Source of the DNA: Acanthaster planci
Taxonomy: Eukaryota
Length of the DNA: 64,000 nucleotides
Assembly (NCBI RefSeq): GCF_001949145.1
Contig: NW_019091361.1
Span: 3,063,854-3,127,853 of the forward strand
Direction: 5' to 3'
Below are positions 51,491 to 64,000 of the stretch, in pieces. Position 1 is the first letter of the stretch. Each line of letters starts with the position of its first letter. The translations under genes and the position numbers were made by a program. The notes beneath the pieces are model-generated. The model saw only the letters and a program-made list of their open reading frames with translations, was not told the DNA's origin and made no database searches.

Positions 51491-54400
51491 AATGAGTAGT
51501 ACTTCGTGGTAGTGATGACGATACATTGCCATGGTTACACAGAGCTTGATTTCGTCGAGGCCATTCACTTATAAGCCTTGGTTCATCAACATTCTAGCAG
51601 AAATTTTGAGAAACATAAATGAAGCGTGGTAGGAACTCTACATGACTTAAAACGGTCGATGGAAGAATTGCGGCATATGCATATAAAATAATTGTTTCTC
51701 AGAATCCACATTATCCTTAAAAAGGCTTGGAATTATATATGCTGATGCGGTTGTTTTGTATTTATTGTAAGCGTTTTCAGGCCAATGATGGGTTCCACCG
51801 ACAGCCATTGAAGTGATTGACTTTAAGCACGTGTTTCTTTTTTAATGTCCAGGTTGAAGAAAATTCCTGGATCTGCAACTCAATTGGTCCGTACGATTCA
51901 AACGTCCATGCATGACACTACGTATCGCACCGGCCACGACTGTGAACTGCCAATCATGTATTTTATAATACTGGAGAAAATTATTTTACAAATTGCAGAT
52001 ATGTAGGAGAATTATTACGTTGTGACATAAATATTTTAGCACCTATTCAGAGAGTAGCAAGCATTTATTGAAATATAATTACAAAGGTCTAAAATATATC
52101 TTTTAAGATAGCGTGATATTCAAACTATTTGGCGAGAGTATGAAGAATCGTCGCGTTCGCAAAAATACTTTAAATTTTTCTTTTCTTCTATTTTAAATTT
52201 TGAAACAGGTTGACACGTAATTCCTGGCGACAGAAAGACGTGTAAGTAAGGGAATAATAACGCGACTCTATTTACATCTCATTATCGGACAGGCCAGAAT
52301 GGTTGGGCCTCTCTTACGGTTGTCGTGGAAACGTCCTCAACGTGTGTGACTGAGGTTAATCAAAAGCTGAACACGAATCTGAAAAGGGGGGGTTAAAGAA
52401 AAGCGTACTTTTCATGCAAGTATTTGCTGTTGTTTTTTTATCTTCAGGCCTTGTTTACCAGAATGTGGCTTTTTATTCGTTGTCACAAGATTTGTTCGGG
52501 GATGTACTCCGTGAGGAGGAACAGTAAATTGGATCATTTTTTTATTATTTGAACGCCGATCTCTTGTACATTCACACGTCCGATATTGATGACTGGGGAA
52601 TGGCTCTTTTGGGTGGATTCAAGATGTGTTACTAAAAATAGATCCCATAGTACATGTATTATTGATTTGAGACAGGAGAAAAGGAAAGAATAGATAGCCG
52701 TTTCTTGAAGGTGTGTTTTGTATGTAGTTTTGCTTGTCTGAGAAAAAATGGCCCTATCTGTATATTACCTTGCGATATGTAGGCGGCGGGAATGCTTTAT
52801 TCACTGTGTAGAGCGGTACATACGTTGTATGCATTGGCAATAAAACAGGTCTCATGCATTTGTCATAGAATTCAAGGCTGACATGTCATACCTCGACCAC
52901 TATACATGTACATGTATTACATGTATTTAGAAAAAATGCATTAAAATATGGAAGAAAACGGGAACGTATATGGTATAGAAATGACAACTTACAATACTAT
53001 TGACACTACCTGGCCAAATCGCTGTGTCCTGATATCCAACACGACACCCTCCTTGTTTATTGCATATGCTTGCGACTGTAGGATATTTATCGCACTTGAT
53101 GTCTTTCCCTTAGCAAGGCATGTTCATGTGCATGGACGCAACTACATGTTCTTGATCCCTTAAATGACCAGTTGCAGCTGTACCCGCTATACCTGCCCAT
53201 TTCGCACACGAGGCCAAGCTCATCCATTACACACACGCAGCCAGTGCTCAGGAGCCATCTTTGTATGGAGAGGCTAAATTATACTACTGACTGCCAACGT
53301 TGCCAATAAAAACTCCGCTCTTCTGTCTTCAGGAAAATGACGGACTTGTCAAGCGACAAGGGTTTGAGCCAGACAAAGGGATTGGATGCTTTTATTCGTG
53401 TCTGAACACAATCTAATTTTCTATTGTTCAAACCTCCAAATCTATATTTCACCGTGAAATTGACATCGTTCAAGCTACTTTTGCATCACTTGCAATTTTT
53501 TTTTATTCAACTGTTTTCAGATTGAAAGCCAACACAACTACATTGGCTGTTGCCGGGAAACTCCTGTGGCGGTTCGGTAATTGTGTGAGTGGTTTAAACA
53601 CCACATATTAAACATCTGGTGCCGTTTTAATATTCAAGTGTATTAAACGCCCACTAATTGCTTTTAATATAAACACAACTGGTGTAGTTTTCTTACAATT
53701 TTTAAACCTAAATTTTGTGGAAATTTACATGTGATTTTGAAGAAGTCACAGTTTTAACCACACACTAATTGTTATACTATATTGATACAATTTTGGTTCA
53801 TCGGTCAGATGAACATTGTGTGTGTGTTTTGCAGTTGTAACTGTCCAATTATATTAAACACCTCACATAGCTTTTCAACACTTGTATTTGTAAAAATTCG
53901 TCCAGTGCTGCCAAATGTTGGAATTTTGTGGAAAGTGCTGCCAAGGTTACGCAGCACTCTTCCAAACGTTCATATTCTGCAGCTGCAGAGGGATAATGGC
54001 GACATGTCTAAATAAGGCAACCAATTACGGTTGGGTTCGAACTCCCGACTTCCAGCCTGTACTTACATCTCTGCCCACTGCCAAAACCCCGGCGCGGCGG
54101 CTCTGCGAGTTGGCCCCTGGATGGTGGTGGTATCGCTGATGGAATCTTAATTGCGTCGCGGCGCTGATGTACCACATTCAGACGCAGTTGATGGGAAGAG
54201 AACGGCGAGTAATTATGACAGTGCAGTGTGCAGTACTTTTATGCTTCATATTATTGGACAAGTATGACTTGCACATTGGGGATGAGCAAGAAAAGAAACG
54301 ACGAAACGAATCATTTTTGTCCTTGAGCGTCGATCTTGTATTGCCCCCCCCTCTCCCCCATCGCATGGTTGCGTTCAGCCCACGGGAGGGTTTATTGTAT

Positions 54401-57400
54401 GAAAGGAACAAGAAAACCGACCATGAAGGGAAATACCCTACATAGTTTGTCTCTTCTGATTGTGTCCAAAGCCCGTCACATTACAAGTTTTAATGTGTAA
54501 GACCAGTTTTAAAATATAAATTTCTTGCCTTTTCCACTTCTTGGTTAATGCTACGTTCATTTTTGCGGTCTCAATCGTACATTATAGTGAATTTTCAACA
54601 TAATCGTGTTTCAAAGAAATTTAAATGAAGACAATTAGATAATTTTGAACAAAGCCGAAAGGTTGGAGATGTGGCATTGGTTTTTGTAACCTTTAGAAAT
54701 GTTTCCAGCTAAAAGCTAAATTGAAATACAAGTGTAATGGAGCGATATTAAATTAATCCGTTGAAAAAACAGAGGCTATAAGCCTGGCGCCAGTAATGGA
54801 CCTCGCCTTTTGGTAGGCCATTACTGCCAGTAAAATCGCCGCTGTGATCATCGTGCTGGTAGATTTGTAAGAAAACATGATTCGAACATCAATTCACTGA
54901 ATCAGGTTACTTCATGTTTGCAGAAATACAACGGCCGTTCATGGCACCAGATAATATGACTATTACTCAGTACTGTGCTCCTTCGAATTGCTGTAGAGTC
55001 ATTTTGAAGGAAAAAAAGGTGACGAGAATACAGTCCTCGTGAATGTGTCGGCCCAGCACCAAGTGCATTTAAAATGAATCGTTGGCGATAATACTGCTTT
55101 CCGCTGATGTGTACTGTCTAAAGTTCTACCATTCTTTCCAAAGTTCCTGTAAAAGCTGAGCATCCATTGAATTCAAATCGCCAGCATCAGTGCTCGGCAT
55201 TTCCTTGAAACTGTTGTTTTCCATACAGATTTCAACACAGTTTGGGATGCGTGTCTTTAATCATCGTCTCATGTGCACTTTCTGACCTTCCTTTCTCATG
55301 CTGACACCAAAATGCACTTGACGAGCGACAATCGCACATTCACGTTCCACGAGATGCGAACGAAAGGCGGCTGTCCATCTAACATAGAAAACACATCAAC
55401 TACCCGTCGAAAAAAACATGTAACGAGCGCGAGAGATGCCCACTCTTGCACCTTGCGCTCTTGGTACGTGAGGACTTATGACATAACAACGACTCGAGTA
55501 CGGTATTTTAGGCATTTTTGCCTCCGTTGCTAGGAAAATTGCGCCCTCTCTTGGTCCAGCTCGGGGCCCTTAGGACGTGGCGCCTTGTGACGATTTGTAA
55601 TAATGATGAACTGCTTATGTGGTATAGGGTCACACAGAAAGGCGACACAAAACAAAAATGTTGCTCGACTGTATGAAGCGACTCTGGTTTTACACGTGAT
55701 CCTGTGGTCAACAGTGAGCATGATAATAAGCCAATGTTTGTTGGGCAGAAGTTCAGAAGTTAACACAATTGGCATAAAGTTTGAGTCGAATTATTGTTGC
55801 CTGTATACATATCGGCTGATGTCTTTGAACATGACATTCGTATTATAACTTTTTGTCAGGCCGAGACTTTTTCTTTTTTTGCAGTTCAGGCTAAATAGGG
55901 CCTATGCTATATTGAATATCGACGAGTCCGAAATTTGTTTGGGGAGGTCGGAGCACACATCACGGCTTAACTTACAACGCAATAGCACTTGGAGCGTCGT
56001 CGTGTTGTTCATGAATCGATCACCTGCCTCTCTGCTCCCGATTTTCTTTATTCGTTTGGTTGCATGAACATAAGAAAATCTCGTGAGCATTTCTACGATT
56101 TGCGTTATAGAAACGTGTAGAGATGGGGGACATTTTAGGGTCAATATCAACGCGATTTCCTATGTCTTCAAACCGATTGACTGCTCCCTAGGGGGCTTGT
56201 CAAGTCCGCTCATCATGCAGGGTTTTGGGCATCAAACGAAAATGGCGTAAATTATCCGGCAAGAGGCCCGAGCATTGAGTGAGGCACGGGCTGGGTCGCT
56301 CGACCGTCATCGCCTTTTAAGCCGCCGCAGGACAAGCAAACGGAGCAGGGGACACCGTGAGGGTATAATCGGCAAAGATCAGCCTCCATAATCAGGCTCA
56401 TCCTTTTATTAGTCTTCAGTGAAGCATTCTCTTTCTGTTAGTACTCCAGCGACGCGGAGATGAATTGAGATACATCGGGCGTGCCCATTTCGGTAATTGC
56501 TAGCTCGCTAGTTGTTAGCGGGCGCGGCGCAAATCGCTACCGGCCGTTGTATTAAGTACACGACGCATTAACTCTACTGAAGTAGTAATCACCGCTATGG
56601 CCTTGTTGCTTGCCAAAGTCAGCTTCTTTTTTTTTCTGTCCAGGTCTTAGCGACCACGAATGAAATATAATGCAAGCCCAATCTGACTCTAAATCTCTTT
56701 TGTATCAAGTTTTCGTATAGCGTGCAGGTTGATATGTGTACATGGATAAACAATGCAGCATCTAGAGACACTGGTAAAATAACAGGCAGCAGAATCAGTA
56801 TGATCGACAGTGAGAGTGGCTACGGAATTCGAACTTCGAAGTAACCCCACATGCTGAAGTTTAAACTAAAATATATGAGAGCAATGCCTGTACAGATCAA
56901 TGCGGCTACAAAATTGACTTATCGCGGTAGAAGCGTGTCAACGCAGTTTGTGAAATATCGCCCAGTTACAATGATATACAAAGTGGAATCAGAGACAGAT
57001 AAAATTACATCCGGGTTATCTAAGGGGCGTGGCTAACTCGTAAAGGGCGACAGGTCAATTAGCAAGACCAAGATGGCGTCAGAATAGCAGTATCCGTACT
57101 GAAGGCGCACTTTGTTGCAGCTGTATGGAGGAGCTGTCAACATGTGCAATATTAGTAACTGAAGGAAAGCCATTGAGCGAATCCAAAATCCCGCGCCGAC
57201 ACCACTTTCCCCAGAGGACCTCCTCGGAGCAGCCTTCTTCGTCCTCACTCCAGCTCTTCTCTCACGGGTGTATACAACTTGCCGTGAAAATTTCCTTGCT
57301 TTTCTCGATACCCGTCACTTATCATCGTCCAAATAATGTCACTTCTTAATTAAAAGCACACCACTGTCAAGCTTCAACGACTCGTCAAAACCCGACTTCG

Positions 57401-58150
57401 GCCCTGGCCACGTGCACAATAAAAATGTTGGTTTGTTTGCGTCTCGTCCTGGGCGATTTATTATGCTCGGTCCATGTCTCCGCTGCACTGGCCGGTGCAA
57501 CATGGCATTGATTTTCCAGAGGGAAGCACCTCGGTCGATGAAAAATCTCGTTCCTCATTCCCCGCCGTTCACGTATTTGTTTAGATATCAACCGGGTTCG
57601 TCGATTATTCATCAAGGTTGCCTTGTTTTGGTCAGAATTTTTTTATCGGCTGCTCGTTTCCAGACCGTTTTCAGTTGCTCTTTTTCGAAGGGGCTGTGTG
57701 GTTTTAGTGATTTTATCTGAGGGTCGACGTGACTGAGTCGAAAGGAATCAGTCTTGTTTTAAAAGATGTAAATACTTGGCCATGCATCATGCATCTTGCT
57801 TCGCGCATATCGCTGCATGTCGAGCTCGCTGTTTCCAAATCAAGATGGCCGCTGATCTGTCTGGGTTATGATAACGATGACGTGCATAACAGGAACAAGA
57901 AGCTCACTGTTCAAGTACTGTGCCTACACCCACGCATCGTCTAGGTGAAGTTCCAATTAATCGCTAAGATTGTTAAGATAAGTAAAAACAAAAATATACG
58001 TCAAACCGTGTAGTTTTCAACATCTAAAGCGGCCCTTGTCTCTATTTTTGAAACTGATATGTGGACTTGAGTGCTCGCAGATGACTGTAATCGCCAGGCC
58101 TATTGCAAACAAGCAGTATACCCTAAACTGTTAGCGTTCAAGCTTCGAGG

Positions 58151-58193
58151 AACTCAACACTTGGAAAGTTACAACTCAACACTTGGAAAGTTA
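58151..58193 (+). repeat. 22-bp tandem duplication
   Basis: aactcaacacttggaaagtta(c) x2. Confidence 0.9.
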
Positions 58194-61100
58194 TTTGAAG
58201 AGTAATGTTGCAGAGAATGAGAGCGTCCAACAATAGATGACGTCCATCGAGGAACGCGCTGAGTATTTAATCTTTGTTTTGAAGACCTTGTCGTGGGAGG
58301 TTTAAAAAGAGATTATTTCACACAGGGCTGTTGAATACCTCCTTCCAAGCTCACTTTTCTTGTTTTTTCTTCCTGTTCAATAGTAATGGGCTTATGGTGA
58401 ATGACATTTGGGGACGTGCACCGTCCCACGAGGGGTGGAGCCTTGGGCCTAGCAACTCAGAGGGTGTGAGGTTAATTTGATATTTAGTGGAAATCTCATG
58501 ATAGTTGTCATGTCTAATATTGCTCTTGTAACAATTTTCTACCAATAAGTATATCACGATCAGCAGTTTATGTAGTAGTCACGTCACAAGTGTTTATCAG
58601 CAATGGCGTCATGGCGACAAAACTTTCATAGCCAGGTTGTTCCTCATATTATGAGCTGTGCTAGTTAATAAGGCTTTTAATTGGGTTACATTAATGCTTG
58701 ATCATGCTTTTGTGGTATGTTACTCGTTAAATATTAGCAAACTTCCATGCCTGAATAAAAGGCCGTCTGGCATTTAAAACACAGTGGACGCATTCCGTGT
58801 GTAACACCTCTCGACACTTTCTCACGACCCAGGCGCTGTCACGGGGTGTGAAGTGGCTAGTTATTACCAGTGAGTGTTTCAGTTCGTGTGTGTAGCTGTT
58901 GGCCTTTGGCGCGGGGGCATTGGGCTTCCGGAAATCCTTCCCCATTCGAATTAATCACAGAGAAGCATCAATCATTTGTCCAAACTATTGGACAAAAACA
59001 AAAGCGTTTGTCAAACTTCGCCGAGGAAGAGTTGCCTATCTGCTGTTGAATATTGTACGACAAAAGACGGCCCACTAACAATTTTCACAAAACACAGCGA
59101 GAGACAGAAGGGAAAAAAAGGAAAGAAAAAAAACGTATGCACAGCGTCACAATCTGGAGGTATATAATTTTTACCCTCCCATGCCAGGACATTATGATAA
59201 TTGAATTCGATATTGATAAACATGCTGGCTGTGACATTATGCTGTACAGCACCACTTGGACTTTGGATCAGCTGCAGTGCTCGAGAGTGCGAATGAGGAA
59301 AGGGGGCCTCACTTCGGCGTCATTATCCAAAGGTAAATGGGCGAGTGATGCAACTGGAGAGGGTGCGGAGACGTGTGTGAAAGCACCATTCATTCAATTA
59401 GGAAAGTGTGTCTGCTGGTATCTCCGCCTGTCGGTTGGTTCCGGAGTTTTGGTTGGATTTTAGATCCGTCGACGTGCTTTAGCGTCTCGGGCAGAGAGAC
59501 GGGACCACCTGTTTTGCGCAGGATGATGTGGTAGTCTGAATGAGCGGCTATCGGACACGCAAGGCATTCGTCACTCGGGGCTTAGTTGAAACAGCCTTAC
59601 TCCACAGCTTTCGTGTCAGATTGTTACATTCAACTGAGTGTTGTAAACACAGTGACCTTAACTCAAGAGGCATCGGATATGTACTTTTTTTCTGCCATCC
59701 TTTGGTCTACTAGCACACGGAGCTATTGTTGCAATCATTGCCAGCACCGTACAGGTATGGATGTGTAGATTGAAGTATGGTCTTATACCATAGCATTTCA
59801 GGGCCGTGTTTGGTCCATAAAATGATAATATCATTACCGTCAGATGATTCGATTAGCATAAAAAGAACGCATGTTAGTCACACCACAGTTTGTCGTAATG
59901 TGCATTGGCCTACGGCAAGTACCTCTTGTCACGAAGATATGAGATCATTACAAATATCTGAGCCTCCGAGTTTGGTTAGAAGAAAAAAGGAATGAAATTT
60001 CTTTATCCTTGTCACTGCTGTCATCGTGAAATGGGTGGTCGCAGTTGTGTACTGTTATTGTTATATTCGTCAAGAATTAAGATCAAGTAAGGCACGACAC
60101 ATTGGCTCAAAGAGTGCTCACGTTTTCTTCAACGTACCGCCCCTTGTCATATTATTTGGATGGAAATGGTGCACGTACAGTACATGTACATGGTGTCAAA
60201 CGTAGAGGTTTGTCGAAGGCTCTAGTGAAGTTTACCCTCATTAGTCAGGTTTATGAACACCTGTAACTCTCCTTTGCGCTGCTTGCCACCGTGCTCTCAG
60301 GATGTAACGCCAGTCCCGGTTGAATTGCGCGTTCCAAACCACTGATACCTCGTGAGCCAGTGAAGTTGTAATGTCGAAATCACGTACACTGCAGTAGCAT
60401 CGAGACGAAAAGATAATGTGAGTGATTTCGGTTGTCGTTTATGTATAATTCAAAACTACCAGGGACACGTTGAGTTGGTCACACTGCATTTTCAAGAATA
60501 ACACCCATACACTAACACGTAGATCTCAAACGTTTTCATTTTCAAAGCTACCTCAGTCGGCAAATATAAACGCGTAATGCAACTAAACAAGAGCAAAATT
60601 CGGGACGATATTACATTACTTTATTTACAAGTTTTTCTTTTGCAAATACGTGGAGTAATCACGATTGTAATTTTGACGTTGACATTGTATAAGATTTCTT
60701 AAAGAGCGTTTTTGTTTTTAAGGAAGTAGAAAACACACAGTTTGAACAACCTCTGTCTGCTCAAATTAACATGTCCTCTCCCTGTTCTCTGTTAATGTTT
60801 TTTCCCACTATTTTGTCTCGTTCAGTTGATTTTCGCTTGCTCGTATTTTCTTGCATATCCAGGGTGTTGTTAGAACCGATTGACATAGCATGTTGTACAG
60901 CCAGTCCCCTCTTGTCAGCTCGCACGCGCGCGCCAGTATCGATAATGGGAACTTTGTTTGCACTCTAGGGTCTTTCCATCAGAGAGGGTTAGCTCATCAT
61001 TTAGTCCACTGGCCAAACATGTTGTTTCAAAACACAGCAGAATGCGGTCCAAAGCACAAAGCACTAACACGAAAAGATAAGGAAAGAATAGAAGAGAAAA

Positions 61101-62706
61101 CAAACAAACAAAAATGGAAAACATCTGTTTTGTTTTCACGAAAGGGAGAGTCGTAGTCGAATCCATCATGGGTCGAAACTCGACACTGATCATAACAGAG
61201 ACTCCCTCTGTCACCGTCGATTTTGACAGCGTTTCACTTCAGACTGTGTTGTGATGGTCCTTTGATATATCTGGCCACGACACTGCAAATTAATTTCAAA
61301 ATGGAAATTTTGCATTGTAATAATCTCTTTTATTTCTGGTTAATGTTGATAGTGGTCTTAGTATTCTGTGTTTCAGTGCTGTCTTTCTGACGTTTAACAC
61401 ATTTTCACTGTTCGTTTCCTGAGACACACACCATGTGGGATTTTGATACGCATTATTGGGTATTAGAACTAATGCACGAGACGGACTCTCATTTTGATTA
61501 TTTAGATGAACTGTGCGAATATTACAGCTTACTGAAATTGATTAATTGCGGAATGCTTAATAACGAAAGTCGGCGTTTTTGTGATGCGCGTGGGAAAACA
61601 ACATTTAACAGTTACCGAAACGCCACCTCGTCCATTGCTCATGACATTTCCATTAGATGGCTATTTGTCCACACTGAATTGCATTAAGCGTCTGTGGAAA
61701 CAGATGTTTTATTATGTATATGCAAATATGACCGTTTTGGTTTTCGGTATTAACTGCCAGAATAAATTTTCTGTTATATCGAGTGTTTGGATACGAACCG
61801 TCTGCATGGTAGGTAAAAAAAGCCCTGTGAAATGAGAGGATTACCAGCAATTATCATGCCTTATGAATTGTCTTCGCTGGTGCTCGTCAGTAGCTCCCAG
61901 GGGATCATTTTACTGGTAGTCTTCGAGGGCCCTTGTACTGACGCAGCGGCTTCTCCAAATGCCTCGCCTGCTTGATTGATGTTGCTTCGGGGTCACGCTT
62001 CTGACATTTCAGAAAGCAGCCGTATTTTGCAATGGCTTGAATTCAGATTTTCCACTGGCTTGTTAACCATCAAGTCCATTCTTTCGCTCTCGTTATATGA
62101 GTGTTTTAGGACCATACCTGGATGTGTTCAGGCCGGGTTATTTGAGCGGCCAGTGTATACGCGCGCTAATTAAAGCGCGTGATGATTAAAGCATCACATA
62201 ACGGAGAGAATGGACATTAGCATAAAATGTTTATACTGCGGTATTATCGCATAAATGATGGGCTCTGTCGTGTATTTTCCACGACATTTGCACAGTGTCA
62301 TTACGGCTTGAGTTATATTCCTCTATGGGTTATTAATCATCCCCCGTTGCAGCAGATAGGCCTACCGGTATATCGCTTCTTAAAAGAAAATTACCTCACG
62401 GGACTATTTTCGGCGCTGGTTTTCCAGTAATGATTGCCTACTTTAATTAAGTTTACTGTGATTGGCTCTTTATTCTGTTCATTTTGAGCATACATCAGAA
62501 CTTGTGCTTTGTTTTAGTGTTTATTATTGCTCCATTTTAAGGTTTATAAAATCATGTTTTATCATTTTTACCCGCTCAGCAGTATTCCATTCATGCATTT
62601 TTGTCTTGTAGTTGAACTAACCCTTGGAACCCTACATTATCATAATGTGCCCCCCCAAATTGCCCGTTCACTTTTCACTGGACTTTTACCTGCTTGCGAC
62701 CTGCCT

Positions 62707-62856
62707 GGTTCATACTTCAGGCGAATGCGAAAACGAAGTAAATGTGACGTAACGAACAATTTGCAACTTGTTCAAGTTTTACGAATTCGCAACTCAAATA
62801 TTTGATCTGACGTCACAAATTCGTGTTCGTGTTCGCTTTTGCGTGAAGTATGAACC
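62707..62856. mobile_element. MITE-like element with perfect 13-bp TIR
   Basis: ggttcatacttca ... tgaagtatgaacc, with further imperfect internal symmetry. Confidence 0.75.
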
Positions 62857-64000
62857 GACCTTAACACCTATTTTTCTGAAGCCCGCGGGGAGATTTCGGC
62901 AAACGTGAGATTACGAATTACTGGGTTGCTTATAGCTTATCCATATAGCTTATAGCTTTTATGTTACGTTTGACGCTTGTCCCCTTGGAATCATACCAAA
63001 ACTTAGGCCTCTCCGTGAGCAGGGTCACTACTCTGCAGTCCGTTTGCCGGCCGTTGTATGCAATAAGCCTAAAGTGTGGTCAGGGTGTCGGACTTTATAA
63101 TTCTCCATGCACTGACCAGCCAGTTGGGGATGCCCAACTCCTTCCCAATCGACAAAAAGCATTAAGTTGTTTGGAATCAAAATAACCCCCATTCCGACCA
63201 GCAGCATGGAAAGTTTGTTTTTACAGGCTATTTGAATTCGACCTTCTCTGAGATGTTGTGTGAGGTGTCTTTCCACAAAACTGGTACCCGACGACCACTA
63301 TGTACCGGTAATATTGTGCGGTGCCAAGTTGGTTAAAGTCTTACCTATACCGGTAACCGTTCCATATTGTCTTATAGTACTCTTTGAACTCCACAGAGTT
63401 AAAATTCATTCCGGCTACAAATACCCTCCGATTGAAACAAGGGGTAGCACGAAATAGGTTGAAATTTATACTCACTCGATCGCGAAAGAGTAGATCAACA
63501 TTTCCCTCGAATTTCCTCTGGAATAGGTCCTATTTTTAAAAAATCAATCTGAATGTATAATACAGTCTTGTCCCTAGTTTCACTCTTTGGGATTAAGTGA
63601 GTACCGCTTGGTGATTCTCCATGCTTTTCCCAAGCAGCTATTTTCTCTAAAGCCTCGCCATACAATGCTTCGTCTGTTATCACCGAAGATCAATCCAGGG
63701 GAAATTCGTACCCCAGCGATTTTCATTTCGTACCAGTTGGCCCGTGAACCTTGCCTTATTTTGAGACTGAATTGAAATTTCTTCATTTTCCACTTTCCCT
63801 CAGCTCTGTCCCACGGCAGAGTGATCGCCAACTAATCTCATGTTTCCTGTCTTCCCCCCCCCCCCATGCACAGATAAAACCAGCCGTTTACTCAGAGAGG
63901 GAATTCCATCCTGTGTTGAGGCGGGCAGGCTATGACCATTTTCTCTTTGTTTTTTGATGGAAACCGCTGCCAGGAAAGGCCTAGATTTTCGTTACGAGTG

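Larger units (their letters stand above)
50716..51522. mobile_element. MITE-like element with repeated CACGAAGTAGCACTC motifs, interrupted by the Penelope fragment
   Basis: catcaccaacaccacgaagtagcactc (50720) is inverted relative to gagtagtacttcgtggtagtgatg (51494); further motif copies near 50760, 50802 and 50980. Confidence 0.55.

Noticed and set aside
29000..64000. Conserved microRNA, snRNA or rRNA genes, and the remaining short ORFs in the track
   Set aside because: I recognised no conserved mature miRNA or structural RNA by eye, and the 60-140 aa ORFs (other than GIY-YIG) show no motifs. An Rfam or miRNA database scan is needed to exclude them properly.

Overview
Animal (eukaryotic) genomic DNA, probably a marine invertebrate; some repeat families look echinoderm-like, but that is inference. 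The left 25 kb holds two convergent genes. On +, only the last coding exon of a VPS33B-like gene is present (374-453). On -, there is a complete ECT2L-like gene (F-box, central conserved domain, RhoGEF DH, PH). I spliced it by hand into 21 GT-AG coding exons (23359 to 4839, 3306 nt, 1101 aa) with consistent intron phases. From about 26 kb to the end I could not support any host protein-coding exon. That part is CpG-rich non-coding DNA with transposon relics (an internally deleted IS3EU/IS481-like transposase, a possible decayed hAT, and a Penelope GIY-YIG fragment with a minimal hammerhead ribozyme), many MITE-like inverted repeats, tRNA-derived repeats and candidate regulatory motifs. There is a 340-N assembly gap at 6553-6892. 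All homology calls come from recalled family motifs, not database searches. I found no clear evidence of a new biological system; the best leads are listed as findings.
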